From an uncultured Bdellovibrio sp. (GTDB lineage: Bacteria; Bdellovibrionota; Bdellovibrionia; Bdellovibrionales; Bdellovibrionaceae): a stretch of DNA of 64,000 nt. Below, piece after piece: positions 61,224 through 64,000 of this stretch. How positions within the stretch are numbered: position 1 is the stretch's first letter; each line of letters starts with the position of its first letter. The notes under the pieces are model-generated. The model did not search any database. It worked only from the letters and a program-made list of their open reading frames with translations, and was not told where the DNA came from. The position numbers and the translations under genes are program-made. The stretch lies in NCBI GenBank assembly GCA_963932905.1, contig CAWVRN010000001.1:1-64000 (forward strand), written 5' to 3'.

Positions 61224-62180
61224 ATGGCTCAAGTAACCATGAAAGAAATGTTAGACGCAGGGGTGCACTTCGGTCACCAAACACAGCGTTGGAACCCTAA
61301 AATGAAGAATTATGTATACACTGCTCGCGGTGGTATCCACATAATCGACCTTCAAAAAACAGTCGTAAAAGCCAATAAAGCTGCTGAATTCGTTAAAGAA
61401 GTCGCTGCTAACGGTGGAAAGATTATTTTTGTTGGAACTAAAAAACAAGCAGTTGAGCCAATTCAAGAAGCTGCTTTCCGTTCAGGCCAATTCTTCGTTA
61501 CAAAACGTTGGTTGGGTGGAATGATGACTAACTTCGAAACTATCAAGTCATCTATCGATCGCCTAAAGCGCATTGATCAAATGAAAGAAAAAGGCGAATT
61601 CAATTATTTCTCTAAAAAAGAACGCGCTAAAATCGAAAAAGAATACTTAAAACTTTCTGAATACCTTAACGGCATCAAAGACATGAAAGAAAAACCAGCT
61701 GCGATGTTCGTAGTTGATTTGCCTAAAGAACACATTGCGGTTGCTGAAGCAAAAACTTTGAAAATCCCAGTTATCGGTATCGCCGACACAAATTCAGATC
61801 CAGATTCTATCGAATTTGCTATCCCAGGTAACGACGATGCTATCCGTTCAATCAAATTATTCTCTACTTTGATTGCTGATGCTTACATCGAAGGCGCTAA
61901 AGTTTGGGAACAAAAATTACGTACCATGACTGACAAAGGTTCTGATGCTGCCGGCGCTGACAAAGCGGAACGCGGTGAAAAATCTGAACGTCCTGCGCGT
62001 AAACCACGCCCTACTGATAAAAAAGCAACTCCAGCAGCTGACACTAAAAAATCAGCAGGTCCTGAGGTTGTTAAAGTTCAAAAACAAAGAAAACTGGTTG
62101 CTGCTGGTTTAGCAGACGAAGTTGAAATTCAAGCTGAGCTTGAAACGTCTGAAGACGATTCAAAAGAAACTCAAGAGTAA
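61224..62180 (+). CDS. rpsB: 30S ribosomal protein S2
   Basis: AGVHFGHQTQRWNPKM, IPGNDDAIRS. Confidence 0.99.
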   Translation: MAQVTMKEMLDAGVHFGHQTQRWNPKMKNYVYTARGGIHIIDLQKTVVKANKAAEFVKEVAANGGKIIFVGTKKQAVEPIQEAAFRSGQFFVTKRWLGGMMTNFETIKSSIDRLKRIDQMKEKGEFNYFSKKERAKIEKEYLKLSEYLNGIKDMKEKPAAMFVVDLPKEHIAVAEAKTLKIPVIGIADTNSDPDSIEFAIPGNDDAIRSIKLFSTLIADAYIEGAKVWEQKLRTMTDKGSDAAGADKAERGEKSERPARKPRPTDKKATPAADTKKSAGPEVVKVQKQRKLVAAGLADEVEIQAELETSEDDSKETQE

Positions 62181-62247
62181 ATTCCATAGCGGAGGTACCC
62201 CCTCCGCTTATTTTTCTTCACATATTAATTAATTATCAGGAGTCATT

Positions 62248-63174
62248 ATGTCTATTTCAGCCACAATGGTTAAAGAACTAAGAGAAAAAACAAATGCCGG
62301 CATGATGGATTGCAAGAAAGCTTTAGAAGAATCTAAAGGTGATTTCGATGCGGCTATCGAATGGTTACGCGTAAAAGGTCTTTCTGCCGCTTCAAAAAAA
62401 GCAGATCGTATCGCAGCTGAAGGCGCCGTATACACAGAAAAAACTGGCAAAACAGGCGTTGTTGTTGAAGTTAACTCTGAAACAGATTTCGTTGCTCGCA
62501 ATGATGGTTTCAAAGATTTCGTTAAAAACATTGCAGCTCATGTTGCCCACACTAACGAACAAGTAGCTATCCTTGAGCAAATCTATCACAAAAATCCATC
62601 TCAAAAAGTGGGCGATTTATTGAAAGAAACTGTAGCAAAAATCGGTGAAAACATCGTTGTTCGTCGTGGTGTTAAATACACTGAATCAGCAAATAGCTAT
62701 GTTCACACATACACTCACGGTGAGGGTAAAATCGGCGTTCTTGTTGAAGTAACTGCTGAAAACCCGGCTCACGCTCAAAATGCGGATGTTAAAACATTTG
62801 CGCAAGACGTAGCTCTTCATATCGCTGCAATGAACCCAATGGCTCTTTCACAAGACCAAATTGCTCCAGAAGTAGTAGCTAAAGAAAAAGAAATCTTAAA
62901 AGCTAAAAACTTGGAACAAGGTAAAAAACCAGAAATGATCGAAAAAATCGTTGAAGGTCAAATCCGTAAATTCTTGGCTGAGAACTGTTTATTAGAACAA
63001 CAATTCGTTAAGAACCCAGATTTGAAAATCGCTGATTACGCAAAAGAAACGTCTAAAAAAGCCGGTTCAACTGTTACTGTAAAACGCTTTGTTCGTTACG
63101 AACTTGGTGAAGGTATCGAGAAAAAATCGACTGACTTTGCAGCTGAAGTAGCAGCGCAAGTTAAAGGACACTAG
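62248..63174 (+). CDS. tsf: Elongation factor Ts
   Basis: [31 protein letters not shown]. Confidence 0.99.
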   Translation: MSISATMVKELREKTNAGMMDCKKALEESKGDFDAAIEWLRVKGLSAASKKADRIAAEGAVYTEKTGKTGVVVEVNSETDFVARNDGFKDFVKNIAAHVAHTNEQVAILEQIYHKNPSQKVGDLLKETVAKIGENIVVRRGVKYTESANSYVHTYTHGEGKIGVLVEVTAENPAHAQNADVKTFAQDVALHIAAMNPMALSQDQIAPEVVAKEKEILKAKNLEQGKKPEMIEKIVEGQIRKFLAENCLLEQQFVKNPDLKIADYAKETSKKAGSTVTVKRFVRYELGEGIEKKSTDFAAEVAAQVKGH

Positions 63175-63175
63175 T

Positions 63176-63889
63176 TTGAAAGAACCCGTTTATAAGCGTA
63201 TTCTATTAAAGCTCTCTGGAGAGGCGTTAGCAGGAAAAGCTGGTACTGGTATTAATACTACCGTGATCAAGCAAATTGCTGAAGACGTCTCTGCGGCCTA
63301 TAAAACAGGTGTTCAAATTGGCTTAGTTATTGGTGGTGGTAATATCTTTAGAGGTATTGCTGCCAGTGCCGAGGGTATGGATCGCGCAAGTTCTGATTAT
63401 ATGGGAATGTTGGCGACAATGATCAATGCCCTGGCATTACAAGATGCTCTGGAAAATGCTGGTGTTCCAACGCGTGTACAAAGCGCGATTGCCATGGCAG
63501 AAATTGCCGAACCTTACATCCGTCGCCGTGCTATTCGCCACCTTGAAAAAGGTCGTTTAGTTATTTTTGGTGCAGGTACCGGAAATCCTTATTTTACTAC
63601 TGATACAGCGGCCTCATTGCGTGCCATGGAAATCAACGCACAAATTATTATGAAGGCAACCAAAGTAGACGGTATCTACGATAAAGATCCTATGAAAAAT
63701 GCTGATGCGAAAAAATATGATCGTATTAGTTATATTGACGTATTAAACCAGGGCCTTCAGGTTATGGATTCTACGGCAATCAGTTTATGTATGGACAATA
63801 AGTTGCCTATCATGACTTTTGATTTGATGAAGTCTGGTAACATCTTGAAAGCCGTAATGGGCGAACAGATCGGCACTATCGTTCAGTAA
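63176..63889 (+). CDS. pyrH: UMP kinase
   Basis: [29 protein letters not shown] start. Confidence 0.98.
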   Translation: MKEPVYKRILLKLSGEALAGKAGTGINTTVIKQIAEDVSAAYKTGVQIGLVIGGGNIFRGIAASAEGMDRASSDYMGMLATMINALALQDALENAGVPTRVQSAIAMAEIAEPYIRRRAIRHLEKGRLVIFGAGTGNPYFTTDTAASLRAMEINAQIIMKATKVDGIYDKDPMKNADAKKYDRISYIDVLNQGLQVMDSTAISLCMDNKLPIMTFDLMKSGNILKAVMGEQIGTIVQ

Positions 63890-63925
63890 CACAAAGATAT
63901 TAACTCACGTTTTTGGGGGTATAAA

Positions 63926-64000
63926 ATGGTTCAAAATGTTAAAAAAGCCGCTCAAGATAAAATGGAAAAATCCATCAAGGCTTTTGATGATGAATTAAAA
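63926..64000 (+). CDS. frr: Ribosome recycling factor (5' part, truncated by the window)
   Basis: MVQNVKKAAQDKMEKSIKAFDDELK; conserved rpsB-tsf-pyrH-frr order. Confidence 0.85.
   Translation, partial: MVQNVKKAAQDKMEKSIKAFDDELK

Noticed and set aside
9511..62604. Numerous short ORFs nested in lon, tol genes, priA, rpsB, tsf and others
   Set aside because: Antisense or alternate-frame shadows of well-supported genes.

Overview
AT-rich bacterial chromosome segment. The gene content points to Bdellovibrionota (inference from the 'GFQNC' lipoprotein, many orphan secreted proteins, and sigma54/FliA-like promoters). Bases 615-6065 are a ~5.4-kb integrative element inserted at the 3' end of a tRNA-Val(TAC) gene. 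It carries a large serine recombinase, a Replic_Relax-like protein, an orphan HI1420-like HTH protein and small ORFs. The main finding is that the attachment site lies inside the 3' end of the recombinase gene. In the integrated state the enzyme ends in a 20-aa tail read antisense from the tRNA. Rejoining the ends at the shared TGGTAGG core fuses it in frame to a start-less 74-codon helix-turn-helix ORF (622-846) followed by a terminator-like hairpin. The rest is host backbone: lon, pepP, tlyA-ispA-xseB-xseA, 6S RNA, tolQRAB, cyclophilin, nagZ, amgK-murU, a sigma54 activator, galU, priA and rpsB-tsf-pyrH-frr, interspersed with secreted hypothetical and repeat proteins. All product calls come from motif recognition by eye; no database searches were run.
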